DNA from: Candidatus Omnitrophota bacterium
GTDB taxonomy: Bacteria > Omnitrophota > Omnitrophia > Omnitrophales > Aquincolibacteriaceae
NCBI GenBank assembly: GCA_903856085.1
Contig: CAIOAT010000013.1
Coordinates: 231,430-295,429 of the forward strand
DNA: 64,000 nt
Direction of reading: 5' to 3'
The notes under the pieces were generated by a model, which saw only the letters and a program-made list of their open reading frames with translations, was not told where the DNA came from and searched no databases. The position numbers and the translations under genes are program-made. Shown in pieces: positions 28,367 to 39,000 of this stretch (position 1 is the stretch's first letter; each line of letters opens with the position of its first letter).

Positions 28367-30058
28367 TCAGTCTTTGCGTATCACTTTGGAACCGTCAAAA
28401 ATCTCAAGGGCCTTCGAAACAATGTCCGGCACGTCTTCATCTTTGGTTGGGGTCCTATCCCCCCCCATGTCCTGAATCGTTCCTTCGCGTTCGGTCACGA
28501 CACATTGAACCCGGACCTTCTTGTTAAGCGCCTGCGCAAACGCTTCTTCAATAACCTGTTTGTTCAACTCCTTTTCGAGCGTTTCTTTATGAAAACGGAA
28601 CTCCGACGGAAGCCCCAGCACGATCACAGAACCTTCCACTTCCGCTGGTTCGGCTTCGGCAAGATAAAGACTCAGGGACATGCGCTTCGCCTTGACAAGC
28701 TCAATCACTTGAGGCCATACCCTCTCGACATCATTGAGCGTTAGGCCTTCTTCGGAAGAAGCTCCGACAGCATGAGATCGTAAAGAAACTTCTGCTTGCG
28801 CCACAACTTTGGGAAGCGCTGTGGCTTTCGTAGCGTTGTAAGAAGGAGTTCCCGCTTCTCTAGCGGCCTCTACTGATTTTTGTGTTTTTTTTTCCACAGC
28901 AGGGATCGCGGAGGCACTCTTTTGTCCGGAGGACGCGTACTGAATGAGATCTTCGACGGATTTCAACCCATCCATATAAACGAGTTTGAGAAGTGCAGCC
29001 TCAAGAAGCAGTTTTGGCGAAGCTACGGGTCGTCGCAGCTGGATCTGAAGGTTCTGCAAGATCGAAAGGGCCAAAAGCAACTCACCTTGCTGGAAATCAA
29101 CTGTTAGCTTTCGCAATTTCACGATCATTTCAGCACTGGCTTCGATCAGCACCTCCGCCTTGGACGCAGTCTTCAGGACCAGGAGATGCCTAAAAACCTC
29201 GAACAGGCCCTTCGCGAATTGTGCAAGATCGGCACCTTCTTCGTAAAGTTTTTTCACGAGTCCGAAAATCTCATCCCCCTTTTTCTCACGGATCGCGGCA
29301 AGCACTGAAACATACATCTCCTCCGGCGCAAGTCCGAGAAGGGTCAGAACATCTTCTTCCTTGATCTTCCCCTCAGAAAAACTTGCAAGCTGATCGAGGA
29401 GGCTTTCCGCATCCCGGAGCGCTCCTTCCGTGGCTTTCGCGATCATAAAAAGCGCGTTCTTCTCACATTTCAATTTTTCCTTCCGCGCGATCTCCTCAAG
29501 CTTTCCCACCGCTTCAAGCACAGAGATCCTTTTAAACTGGAGCCTCTGACAGCGCGACAGGATCGTAAGGGGTACTTTGTGGGATTCCGTCGTGGCAAAA
29601 ATGAATTTCACATGCGCCGGCGGTTCTTCGAGGGTCTTTAAGAGCGCGTTAAAGGCATCGCCGGTCAAGGAATGGACTTCGTCAATAATGTAGATCTTGT
29701 AGCGACCCGCAGAGGGTTTGAATTTCACGTTCTCGCGAAGCGTGCGGATCTCCTCAATGCCGCGATTCGATGCGCCGTCAACTTCGAGAACATCCATGGA
29801 ATTCCCCTGCTCGATCTCTTTGCAGGAAATACATTTACCGCAAGGTTTTTCCGTGGGGCCTTCTTTGCAATTCAAGGCCTTTGCGAGAATGCGCGCGGTC
29901 GAAGTCTTCCCCACGCCACGCGGACCCGAGAAAAGGAAGCTTTGCGGAACGCGTTCCTGGCGGATGGCATTCTTCAAGGTCGTGGTGATAGTTTCCTGCC
30001 CCACGATCTCTTCAAATGTCTGCGGTCTGAATTTCCTAGCGTAGATCAGATATTCCAT
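28367..30058 (-). CDS. dnaX: DNA polymerase III subunit gamma/tau
   Basis: AAA+ clamp loader with GPRGVGKTSTARILAKALNC Walker A and a zinc module CGKCISC. Confidence 0.9.
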   Translation of the reverse strand: MEYLIYARKFRPQTFEEIVGQETITTTLKNAIRQERVPQSFLFSGPRGVGKTSTARILAKALNCKEGPTEKPCGKCISCKEIEQGNSMDVLEVDGASNRGIEEIRTLRENVKFKPSAGRYKIYIIDEVHSLTGDAFNALLKTLEEPPAHVKFIFATTESHKVPLTILSRCQRLQFKRISVLEAVGKLEEIARKEKLKCEKNALFMIAKATEGALRDAESLLDQLASFSEGKIKEEDVLTLLGLAPEEMYVSVLAAIREKKGDEIFGLVKKLYEEGADLAQFAKGLFEVFRHLLVLKTASKAEVLIEASAEMIVKLRKLTVDFQQGELLLALSILQNLQIQLRRPVASPKLLLEAALLKLVYMDGLKSVEDLIQYASSGQKSASAIPAVEKKTQKSVEAAREAGTPSYNATKATALPKVVAQAEVSLRSHAVGASSEEGLTLNDVERVWPQVIELVKAKRMSLSLYLAEAEPAEVEGSVIVLGLPSEFRFHKETLEKELNKQVIEEAFAQALNKKVRVQCVVTEREGTIQDMGGDRTPTKDEDVPDIVSKALEIFDGSKVIRKD

Positions 30059-30263
30059 GACTGCCTTGTAGTGCCGTTTTTATTTATTTTTATGGGTTAA
30101 CAATACAGCCCTGCGAGCCCATAGAATCAACAGTAACACAGTGCTAGGAGAAATTAAATGCACTGAAAAGGGGGTTGCGAGGCACCATGATGAGGGAAAA
30201 GAACCTGATTTTCAAGAAGTACTTATCGAGAGAAAAACGCCTTGGAATTTTCTTGAAAAAAAT

Positions 30264-30887
30264 CTATTTTTTAAATTTAAACGTTTTTAAAACATTCTCA
30301 AATATGGGAGCGTAATCTTTGTACTGAGCAGCGACCGTCTCTATCATCAATTCGTAGGAACGGCCATTTCTCATCAAATAAACCCGTTGCCCTCTCAGTA
30401 AAACAGGCGGAGCTTTCATGTTGAACAACGGAAAGGATTCGTATTCATAGACAACAGAAAACGCTTTTTCTCGACCGACCTCTTTGACATCCTTATGAAG
30501 TATTCTGAATTTCGTAAGATTGGAGTCCGTTTTGAGACAGGCCTCCAAAAGATCGGGGGCGGTTTTCCCAACTTCAAGCGGCCGCACGGTAGCATGAATG
30601 AGCGTCGTGAATCCGTTTTCTTTATTAACAGGCCCCTGTAAATAAACCTGGTCATATTTTTCGATGCTTCCCTGGGCTTCGACAGGCTGCCACCCCTTCT
30701 CAGGGTACTCGAACGTAAAGTCTAGTACCGGATTTTTAGACTGAAAATTATGATTTTTCATTGCCGCTCGACTTTGAATGGGTGCCTTCGGTTTGAGAGG
30801 ATGAACGCCGAAAATAATTGTGACCACGAGCATTGTAACACTGAGAACCCCTAAAACCATGGCTCCCTCTTTTATTTTTATTTTCAT
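30264..30887 (-). CDS. Hypothetical exported/membrane-anchored protein
   Basis: N-terminal hydrophobic segment MVLGVLSVTMLVVTIIFGV. No recognisable motif. Last gene of the TPR, pilin-fusion, hypothetical operon. Confidence 0.35.
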   Translation of the reverse strand: MKIKIKEGAMVLGVLSVTMLVVTIIFGVHPLKPKAPIQSRAAMKNHNFQSKNPVLDFTFEYPEKGWQPVEAQGSIEKYDQVYLQGPVNKENGFTTLIHATVRPLEVGKTAPDLLEACLKTDSNLTKFRILHKDVKEVGREKAFSVVYEYESFPLFNMKAPPVLLRGQRVYLMRNGRSYELMIETVAAQYKDYAPIFENVLKTFKFKK

Positions 30888-30907
30888 AGGACCTCGTCAG
30901 ATTTTGA

Positions 30908-32095
30908 TTAATATTCCGGCAAATTATATTGAGCGTACCACTCGCGAACCTTAGCCTTCGCGGAACTTTCAGCCTTTAAAGTGCCGTTATCATTTGCGAA
31001 CGAACTAGCCTGAGAATTGACCCGCGCCCCTAATCCTGCCGAGTCAAACACCTGGTTGGGAGGTTTTTTCAAATCCATCCAGATCTGAGCTCCTGTTGAA
31101 AAAGCGGTATACTCATCATCGATCGTGCCATGCTGCGCATCGCCCGAGCGTGTATCCCCCAATAAAGGATTTGGAACACCATATTGCACCGGAGGAAAGG
31201 GGAAACTCACGTGTTTTTGCCAATCATCGTGCCATATAGCATGTTTGGTCTCATGCGCGAGCACATACGCCGCTGCGTATTGATTGCCTTCCAGCTCGGT
31301 ACTCAGTACGATGGATTTTGAGGTGCCATTCCAAGAAAAAACCCCCCAATTTCCAGCCCCCGGATCACCGAATGAAACGGGCACACTGTTGGTACGAAGC
31401 CAATCAGCAAGCTGAGTCCCTGATCCCATGCCAGAAATATCTAACGTAGTCGTTGACGATGCCAAGGTATCGAGAACTTTCGTAATTTCAGTCGTATAAC
31501 CTGTAAAAGGCGGCAAGGGCGCACTCTCCGGAAGCGTCTGCGTACTATCGGGGATACCCCCACCACCGCCCGAGCCACCACCGCCGGAACCACCACCGGA
31601 ACCACCACCGGAACCGCCGCCGGAACCGCCACCATCACCGCCGCCACCACCATCGGAACCGCCGCCGGAGCCACCACTACTGCCACCACCGCCGCCGTCG
31701 CCCGGCGAATACCCTACAAAACCGTCTTTGTCGATCTTCATTTCTTGAAGCCAGCTTTCTAATAATTCGAGAGGGGTTGCGACCGCCAGAAAATTCTCTG
31801 CGCTGGCGTCGATGATCTTGTAGCGATAGAAAAGCCCTTTGATCAAAAGTCCAAGCGCGGATTCAATCCCGGCTTCATCATCTGCTGCAACAAACTGTCC
31901 GGTCATGCCATGGCGCAGAAGTTCGGCGGCGCGGATAGCCCCGAGATTGTTGGCAGCTTCGGCTTCTTTGGCTTTTTCGGCCTGATGGAAAATATGGGGA
32001 ACCACGAGGGCAGCAAGAACCGCAAGGATCACAACCGCGATTAACACTTCAACCATCGTAAAACCGTTTTTTTTATGCTGTAGGGGATTTTTCAT
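30908..32095 (-). CDS. Type IV pilin-like protein (prepilin N-methylation domain) fused via a Gly/Ser-rich linker to a C-terminal domain carrying an HExxH motif
   Basis: Leader MKNPLQHKKNG|FTMVEVLIAVVILAVLAALVVP is a class III signal peptide. A ~45-aa (GGGS/GGGD)n linker follows. The ~220-aa C-domain contains AHETKHAIWHDDWQKH. Start at MKNPLQ. The ORF-track extension to 32206 is unlikely. Confidence 0.6.
   Translation of the reverse strand: MKNPLQHKKNGFTMVEVLIAVVILAVLAALVVPHIFHQAEKAKEAEAANNLGAIRAAELLRHGMTGQFVAADDEAGIESALGLLIKGLFYRYKIIDASAENFLAVATPLELLESWLQEMKIDKDGFVGYSPGDGGGGGSSGGSGGGSDGGGGGDGGGSGGGSGGGSGGGSGGGGSGGGGGIPDSTQTLPESAPLPPFTGYTTEITKVLDTLASSTTTLDISGMGSGTQLADWLRTNSVPVSFGDPGAGNWGVFSWNGTSKSIVLSTELEGNQYAAAYVLAHETKHAIWHDDWQKHVSFPFPPVQYGVPNPLLGDTRSGDAQHGTIDDEYTAFSTGAQIWMDLKKPPNQVFDSAGLGARVNSQASSFANDNGTLKAESSAKAKVREWYAQYNLPEY
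31558..31702. repeat. Imperfect (GGN/CCN)n trinucleotide tract encoding the poly-Gly/Ser linker of the pilin fusion
   Basis: Plus strand reads CACCACCGCCCGAGCCACCACCGCCGGAACCACCACCGGAACC..., a low-complexity tract prone to slippage. Confidence 0.7.
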
Positions 32096-33416
32096 TTTTA
32101 TTACCCTGCATGACCTCTTCCAATAGTTTTTTGTCCCGGAGTGCGGACTCCAGCTTGGGGTCCAACTCGAGCGCGCGGTTCCATTCCTTGAGAGCATTAT
32201 TGACATCAGGCATCAAAGCATAAGCCAAGCCGGCGTTTGTGTGCGCTTTCGCGTCCAGGTCATTTTTAGAAAGAATTTTCTGAAAGATCTCGAGAGCATC
32301 TTTGGGTTGGTTCATCTTAACGTAAACCAGCCCGATACTGCTGGCAATCGCCAGATTATCCGGATCTTTTTTCGCCAACTGTTCATATTGGGCAATCGCC
32401 TTTTGGTATTCTCCTTTTTGAATAAAAACCTGCGCCAACCCGCGGACCGCTCCCAAAGACGCGGGATCCTTCGCGAGGGCTTCATTAAAAGCCGCTTCGG
32501 CCATCGACCATTCTTTTATATCGAGATATAACAATCCGAAACCGAACGAAATTCGAGGATCTTTAGGATCCCGGGATAAAGCTTCATGATACTGCGTCTC
32601 GGCCTGGGAATAATTCTTCCGCAACCGTAAGATCTCCGCCTTATAAAGATACACCCTCGAGATCGCAGAAGAATTTTTGATCAAGGGCTCAAGAATCATG
32701 TCCCCCTTGTCTAATTCGCCTGCTTGGATATAAGCCGCTGCGGCATTACACGCGGCCACAACATCGTTGTTCTTGTTCACTTCTTCAAAGAACTTCGCCG
32801 CTCCCAAATAATCCCCTGACATATAAAGGCAATAAGCCATATTCCTTTTAACATCCGAGGCATCCGGCTTGAGCGTAATGATTTTTTGGTAATAGGAAAC
32901 GGCGGCTTTGTAATTCTTGGAAGTCTCATAGAGATGCGCCAAATTTAAAAGCGTATCAAGGTTGTTGGGTTTTTCCCCCAGCGCTTTGAGGAAATTCGCC
33001 TCAGCTTTTCTAATTTCACCAACGGAAGCATAAGCACTGCCGAGATTGGCATAAATGAGGGCGTTTTCGGCGCCCGAAACAATGGATTTTTCGAAAGCAT
33101 CCGCGGCATCCTGGAACCGCCCTTCCTTGTAGAGCTCCATGCCTTTGGCAAAAAAGACCTGCCTCCCCCGGACCTCAAGAAGCTCCTCCTTGCCCCCGCG
33201 CCAAATCGTTTGGATATCGCTCTTGGGAATCTTGACTTCCCCTCCCGGAGCTTGGACGGTCACGAACTTTTCGTTCTCTTTAAGGATTTTTGTTTCGATG
33301 GCATTGCCATTCTTGAGTTGGAGGATTTCGCAACGACCATTTTGCAAAAAGGAAAAAAGCAGTACGGCAAAAAGCAAGGCGCTTTTGCGTATAAGCGGGT
33401 TTGTTTTCTTTTTCAA
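32073..33416 (-). CDS. Secreted tetratricopeptide-repeat (TPR) protein
   Basis: Many TPR units of the form A..Y..A..Y.KAL. Probable TTG start giving MKKKTNPLIRKSALLFAVLLFSFLQNG, a signal peptide. The ORF track extends to 33506. Confidence 0.6.
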   Translation of the reverse strand: MKKKTNPLIRKSALLFAVLLFSFLQNGRCEILQLKNGNAIETKILKENEKFVTVQAPGGEVKIPKSDIQTIWRGGKEELLEVRGRQVFFAKGMELYKEGRFQDAADAFEKSIVSGAENALIYANLGSAYASVGEIRKAEANFLKALGEKPNNLDTLLNLAHLYETSKNYKAAVSYYQKIITLKPDASDVKRNMAYCLYMSGDYLGAAKFFEEVNKNNDVVAACNAAAAYIQAGELDKGDMILEPLIKNSSAISRVYLYKAEILRLRKNYSQAETQYHEALSRDPKDPRISFGFGLLYLDIKEWSMAEAAFNEALAKDPASLGAVRGLAQVFIQKGEYQKAIAQYEQLAKKDPDNLAIASSIGLVYVKMNQPKDALEIFQKILSKNDLDAKAHTNAGLAYALMPDVNNALKEWNRALELDPKLESALRDKKLLEEVMQGNKNEKSPTA

Positions 33417-33483
33417 AAAAAACTCCCTTGTTTGGGATGGAACAGACGGTGTGAAGTCCGCGGTCCTGTCCTTCCTTAGAAGA

Positions 33484-33846
33484 TCAAAGGGCCATTCCCA
33501 AAACATTTTTAATTTTCTTGATAATCGCCCCTGCGGGAGTCGCCTTGGAAATAAGTACGCGCCCGTGGATTTTATCCTCGTCGCCTTGGGTCACCATACC
33601 GCTTATATAAACGATGGGGATGTTTTTTGTCTTTGGATTATCCGATAAAACCCGGGCAACATCCCCTCCATCCATGCCGGGCATATTAATATCAAGAAGT
33701 ATCAAATCCGGATGCTCTGTTTTTGCCAGATTCAAACCGTCGCTTCCATTATTTGCGAGCAAGGCAAGAAATCCTGCGGGACGCAGCATGGAGGCAAGGC
33801 TTTCCGCAACTTCTTTCTCATCATCCACAATCAAGATTTTAGCCAT
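33484..33846 (-). CDS. Stand-alone response-regulator receiver domain (CheY-like)
   Basis: 120 aa with ILIVDDE, DLILLDINMPGMDG, and a conserved K near the C-terminus. Confidence 0.8.
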   Translation of the reverse strand: MAKILIVDDEKEVAESLASMLRPAGFLALLANNGSDGLNLAKTEHPDLILLDINMPGMDGGDVARVLSDNPKTKNIPIVYISGMVTQGDEDKIHGRVLISKATPAGAIIKKIKNVLGMAL

Positions 33847-33930
33847 AAAGGTCTCCTTCAGAGCATGCGGCGATCATCGCAGATGAACTTCCTTAGTCCA
33901 TCACGATGTCGCCATTGTTCACAGGAACAA

Positions 33931-34017
33931 CGGAGAGGATAGGATTCGAACCTATGAGGCCCTTGCGAGCCTAACGGTTTTCGAGACCGCCGCATTCGAC
34001 CACTCTGCCACCTCTCC
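33931..34017 (-). tRNA. tRNA-Ser (anticodon CGA)
   Basis: 87 nt. GGAGAGG acceptor stem, long variable arm, anticodon loop CTCGAAA, T-arm GGTTCGAATCC. Confidence 0.8.
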
Positions 34018-34117
34018 TTAACTCGATACCGCGTACGGAGTAACCGCACACTTTACAAAATTAAAAACGAGCTAAAGTCTATGTGTTCCGACCCTTCCGG
34101 TCAAGACACGAGAAAGA

Positions 34118-35890
34118 CTATCGGTCCTCCCTGCAGACCCGATTCCGGCCGTTGTCCTTAGCCCGGTAAAGCGCGGCATCGGCCCTCCGAACCATCGGGT
34201 CGGGAATATTCTCTCCGGGATGGAGCGCGGCCACTCCAAAACTGGCCGTGACAGAGATCGGTTTGCCTTCCCATTCACAGGTCAAAGCTGCGATCTTTTC
34301 CCGGAGACGCTCCGCCACATCCTCCGCGGCCTCTTTCAAATCCGCCCTCCGGAGCATAATAATGAATTCCTCGCCTCCGTAGCGAGCCGCAAAATCGATC
34401 TGGGAGAATGACCGCTTCCTGCGGATATGCGCCTCAAGGGTTTGGGCCACTTTCTTGAGCACCATATCTCCGGCCGGATGACCGTAGGTGTCGTTAATCT
34501 TTTTAAAGTGATCGATATCCAGCAAAATGACCGAAAGGGGTTGTTTCCCATTTTTTGATTCCATCACAATCTGGTTCATGATTAACCGAAAATGTCGGAT
34601 CACATAAAGGTCGGTCAAGCCGTCGCGCGTAGCAAGATGAAAGAGGCGGGATCTTTCGCGCGTCGCGGTAATCTGGACATAGATTGCCGAAAAAATAAAA
34701 AGGCAGAGCATGAGCAAGACGGGATAGACCACGTAGAACCCAAGATGCCATTTCGCAAAAGCCACAAAACAAAACGCGAGCCATCCCAAAGCAAGTAAAA
34801 GTCCCGCCACAAGCGACCCTGCCCCGGGGAGCAGGACAAAGAGGACCAGGGTCAAGCCACCGATTCCAAGAAGACAGAGCATATTCCCCAAAAACGGAAC
34901 CGGGCGCACCCAGTTTCCGGTCAGAGCAGCGTTCAGCACCTGCGCGTAGACACCGATCTTCGGATACGTAAGGCTGAAAGGCGTGATCTTGAGTTCCGAC
35001 GTCCCCGACGCTGTGGGCCCCACCAGGCATATCTTCCCGGCAATCTTTCCCGGATCCATGACTGGCCGCATCCCTTTCTGGATCGCATAAAAACTATGAA
35101 TCAAGTCCGCATAATTGTAACGCACAAAACCACGGTCCCAGACCTCGCTCCAAGGAATCAGGACTTTCCCCCGGTGATCCTCAAAGCTCCCCCATTCCTC
35201 GGCCAGCGGGATGGGTTTTTTCATTTGGTCGAACGCCACGCGCAGCGGCAGAAAAAGGCGCCTTTCTTTTCCTTCCGCGATAAAAGGATCGAACCGTCTC
35301 AGAACGCCATCCGAATCCGACGTAAGAAAGCTGTGCCCCGTCGCCCGCACCTGTTTTTCGAACTCCGGCATCGCGTGAGACCAGTACACTTTCCCTCCGC
35401 CTTGATCCAAAACCACGGGCATCCCATGCAACCAAAATTTTTTCTCTTTTTGCTGTTTCAGATCCACGGGCAAGTAAAAAGAAGTTCCCGTTTTGGAAAG
35501 CGCTTGGGCCAGGTCTGCATCGTCCTTCGGATCGGTCGGTTCTGAGAGATCAAGATCGAACACGATCGCTGCCGCCTTCCATTCGCTCAAAAGGCGTGCT
35601 GTAATCGCGTGATAACTTCGCGGCCACGGCCAAGGACCGATCTCGTCCAAAGATGTTTCCGATATTTCAATGAGAACAATGTCCGGGTGAGCTTTGCCCC
35701 AGGCGGCATGTTTTAGAAAACCGTCGCGGACCAAATCCTCAAATCGATCGAGCCGATGAGTCCCCAAAAGAAAAGCAAATACCCCAATAATGAGAAAATA
35801 AGTTCCGAGCCGGACCCAACCTTGATAATCCCGAGAGCGAATACGGGTGAAAAGTTTTTCGGTCGCTTCAATGGGTTCGTGGGGAGTCAT
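34118..35890 (-). CDS. Membrane sensor diguanylate cyclase (CHASE2-like N-terminal region plus GGDEF)
   Basis: An extracytoplasmic region flanked by TM segments, then a GGDEF domain with RYGGEEF. Confidence 0.75.
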   Translation of the reverse strand: MTPHEPIEATEKLFTRIRSRDYQGWVRLGTYFLIIGVFAFLLGTHRLDRFEDLVRDGFLKHAAWGKAHPDIVLIEISETSLDEIGPWPWPRSYHAITARLLSEWKAAAIVFDLDLSEPTDPKDDADLAQALSKTGTSFYLPVDLKQQKEKKFWLHGMPVVLDQGGGKVYWSHAMPEFEKQVRATGHSFLTSDSDGVLRRFDPFIAEGKERRLFLPLRVAFDQMKKPIPLAEEWGSFEDHRGKVLIPWSEVWDRGFVRYNYADLIHSFYAIQKGMRPVMDPGKIAGKICLVGPTASGTSELKITPFSLTYPKIGVYAQVLNAALTGNWVRPVPFLGNMLCLLGIGGLTLVLFVLLPGAGSLVAGLLLALGWLAFCFVAFAKWHLGFYVVYPVLLMLCLFIFSAIYVQITATRERSRLFHLATRDGLTDLYVIRHFRLIMNQIVMESKNGKQPLSVILLDIDHFKKINDTYGHPAGDMVLKKVAQTLEAHIRRKRSFSQIDFAARYGGEEFIIMLRRADLKEAAEDVAERLREKIAALTCEWEGKPISVTASFGVAALHPGENIPDPMVRRADAALYRAKDNGRNRVCREDR

Positions 35891-36061
35891 GAGAAAAGGA
35901 AGGTCGTGGTGGGAAAGCGGCCATATCTTTTACAAAGATGTGTCATAGGGAAAAATTCTACCGTACTTTTCCTTAAAGAGACAGCAATACGTAAGGGATG
36001 CGGTGTTGTTAAACCGAAAAAGTTTAACCGCGGTACTCCGTACGCTTCACGCCGTACTGTT

Positions 36062-39000
36062 TTAAGAACACCCCATGCTGTTGCCGCAATTGAGACACTT
36101 GTAGCAGGAACCGCTCCGCACAGTCACATGGCCGCAATTCGTGCAGAAGGGCGCGTCTCCCATCATGTTCGAGAGGTGTTCGTTCGCACCCGCAGCGCTA
36201 AGCGAAACGTTCTTTTTGATGGCACTCGTATGAGGCGCCGGATCTTTCACGGGAGTTTCGATCATGGGCGCTTGGGCGACACTCGGAACAGTTCTCTTAT
36301 AGATCTGCAGATCTTCGGGAGCGGGAGGGATCTGGACAAATTCCGTCATTCCAAGATATTCCATACCTAGAACGCGGAAAAGATAGTCCACGATCGAAGT
36401 GGAGAGTTTGATATTCGGATGATCGACAAGCCCCTGGGGCTCAAAGCGCGTGAACGTGAAGACGTTCACGAATTCTTCAAGCGGTACACCATATTGCAGG
36501 CCGAGTGAGACCGCGATCGCGAAGCAGTTCATCATGGAGCGGAACGCAGCGCCTTCCTTATGCATGTCGACAAAAATCTCGCCGATCGATCCGTCCGGAT
36601 ATTCCCCGGTCCGCAGATAGATCTTCTGTCCCCCGACACGAGATTCCACCGTGATCCCCGCGCGTTTTTTAGGCAAACGTTTGCGCTGCAACACGGGAGG
36701 ATGCGCGGCCTGGAGTTCGTTCTTTTTTTCAGATTTTTTATCAGAAGCCGAATCACCGGATTTTGTGTTAAGCGGCTGGGACAACTTGGAACCGTCCCGG
36801 TAAAGCGCGACGGCCTTGAGTCCCATCTTCCAGGATTCCACATAGATTTTTTCGATCTCTTCGACTGTGCTTTCGTGCGGCAAATTCACAGTCTTAGAAA
36901 TGGCACCGGAAATGAACGGTTGCGCCGCGGCCATCATGCGGACATGCGTCATGGGCTCGATGAAACGCTCGCCGTATTTTCCACATTTGTTCGCGCAATC
37001 GAAGACCGGTAAATGTTCGGGCTTGAGCAGCGGAGCCCCTTCAATGGTCATCATACCGCACACCACATTGTTGGCCTCCGTGATTTCTGATTTTGAGAAT
37101 CCGAGCGCTTCGAGTACGTTGAACCGGAGATGATTGTAATCCTCGGGTTTGAGGCCGAGACGCTTCAGCGTGTCTTCCCCGAGCGTCCACTTCGTGAAAG
37201 CAAAACTAAGATCAAAAACCGACGGCAGCATGACATCGATCTTGTCCAGCTCCGCATGGCTGAAGCCTTTCGCTGTAAGAGTCTCACGATTGATCCACGG
37301 AGTCCCTTCCAGACGCGAGGTGCCCTGGATATACTCGATGATGTTCTGGATCTCACTCTCGGCATACCCAAGTTTGTGAAGGGCCGCAGGAACGCACTGA
37401 TTGATGATCTTGAAATAGCCGCCGCCCGCGAGCTTCTTGAACTTTACAAGAGCGAAGTCCGGTTCAATCCCCGTAGTATCACAATCCATGAGAAGACCAA
37501 TCGTACCGGTCGGTGCGATCACGGAAACCTGTGCATTGCGATAGCCATACAGTTTTCCAATCTCGAAGGCATCCTCCCAATCTTCATGTGCCGCAACCAG
37601 AATATCCTGCCAGCAATGCTCCTGAGAGATCTTATGAGCGGCCGCACGGTGTTTCTCGATCACGCGCACCATAGAACTTTCATTCCTTTTATAATCGGGA
37701 AAAGCACCTTTGGAGGCCGCGATCTCCGCGGAAGTTCTATAGGCATGCCCAGTCAAAATCGCCGTGAGTGCGCTGCAGATCGCAGATGCCTGCGGGCTGT
37801 CGTAGGGAATACCGCTGACCATGAGCAGGCTTCCGAGATTAGCATAGCCAATCCCAAGCGGCCGGTAGGTATGACTGTTCCGGGTGATTTGCTCGGTCGG
37901 ATAAGAAGCATAGTCCACCAGAATATCCATCGCCGTAATGAAAACGCGAGTCGTGTGACGAAACCCTTCGACATCGAAAGTTCCATCCGCCCTCAGATAT
38001 TTCATAACATTGAGAGATGCCAGGTTACAGGCCGAATCATCCAGAAACATGTACTCCGAGCAAGGGTTGGACGCGTGGATACGGTCGGTGTTGGCGCAGG
38101 TATGCCAATCATTGATCGTAGTATCGAACTGGACGCCGGGATCAGCACACGCCCAAGCGGCAAATGCGATCTGGTCCATCAGATCCTTGGCCTGAAAAGT
38201 TTCGTGAACATCTCCGGTTGTGCGGAAACGCGTCTGCCATTTTCCGTCATTCAAGTAAGCGCGCATGAACTCATCGGAGATCCTCACCGAATTATTAGAA
38301 TTTTGTCCGCCCACCGTTTTATAAGCCTCGCCATTGAAATCCGAGGAGTATCCGGCAGCGATCAGCGCAGCGACCTTCTTTTCTTCGCGAACCTTCCAAT
38401 TAATAAAATCCATGATCTCCGGATGATCGAGATCCAGACACACCATCTTTGCCGCGCGGCGCGTGGTCCCGCCGGATTTCGTCGCACCCGCTCCGCGGTC
38501 CAGCACCTCCAAAAAGGACATAAGTCCTGACGAGGTGCCGCCGCTTGAGAGTTTTTCCTGCCTTCCCCGAAGCTTGGAGAAATTCGTTCCTGTCCCCGAT
38601 CCATATTTGAAAAGCCGGGCCTCGTTCTTGATCAGGTCAAAAATGGACATCAGGCTATCATCCACGGACTGAATAAAACAAGCCGAGCACTGCGGGTTCG
38701 AATAAGAATCCGTCGCCTGACGGATCGTGTCCGTCACAGGATCCCAGTAAAAATTACCACCGCTTCCCTTGATCCCGTAAAGATCCATTCCACAATTGAA
38801 CCAAACGGGAGAATTAAAGGCGCATTTCTGGTGAATCAGGAGGTGCAGCAATTCTTCTTCAAAGATTTGAGCATCTCCGATAGCCTTAAAGTAACCGCCG
38901 AGCTTTTCCCCTGCGATCCGGATCGAGCGGGCAATGCGCAACACCACCTGGCGGGCACTCACCTCAGAACCTGTCTCAGGGACACCGGCTTTTCGGAAAT

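Noticed and set aside
30059-30263. Possible SRP RNA (ffs) or small ORF upstream of dnaX
   Set aside because: ffs is often located here, but I could not find the conserved domain IV GGAAG...AAGCAGCC motifs on either strand. The ~46-codon ORF has no SD and no motif.
33139-33648. 169-aa plus-strand ORF
   Set aside because: It overlaps the TPR gene and the receiver gene on the opposite strand. Its composition is low-complexity.
37130-38530. 466-aa plus-strand ORF
   Set aside because: It is antisense to nrdJ and has no recognisable domain.
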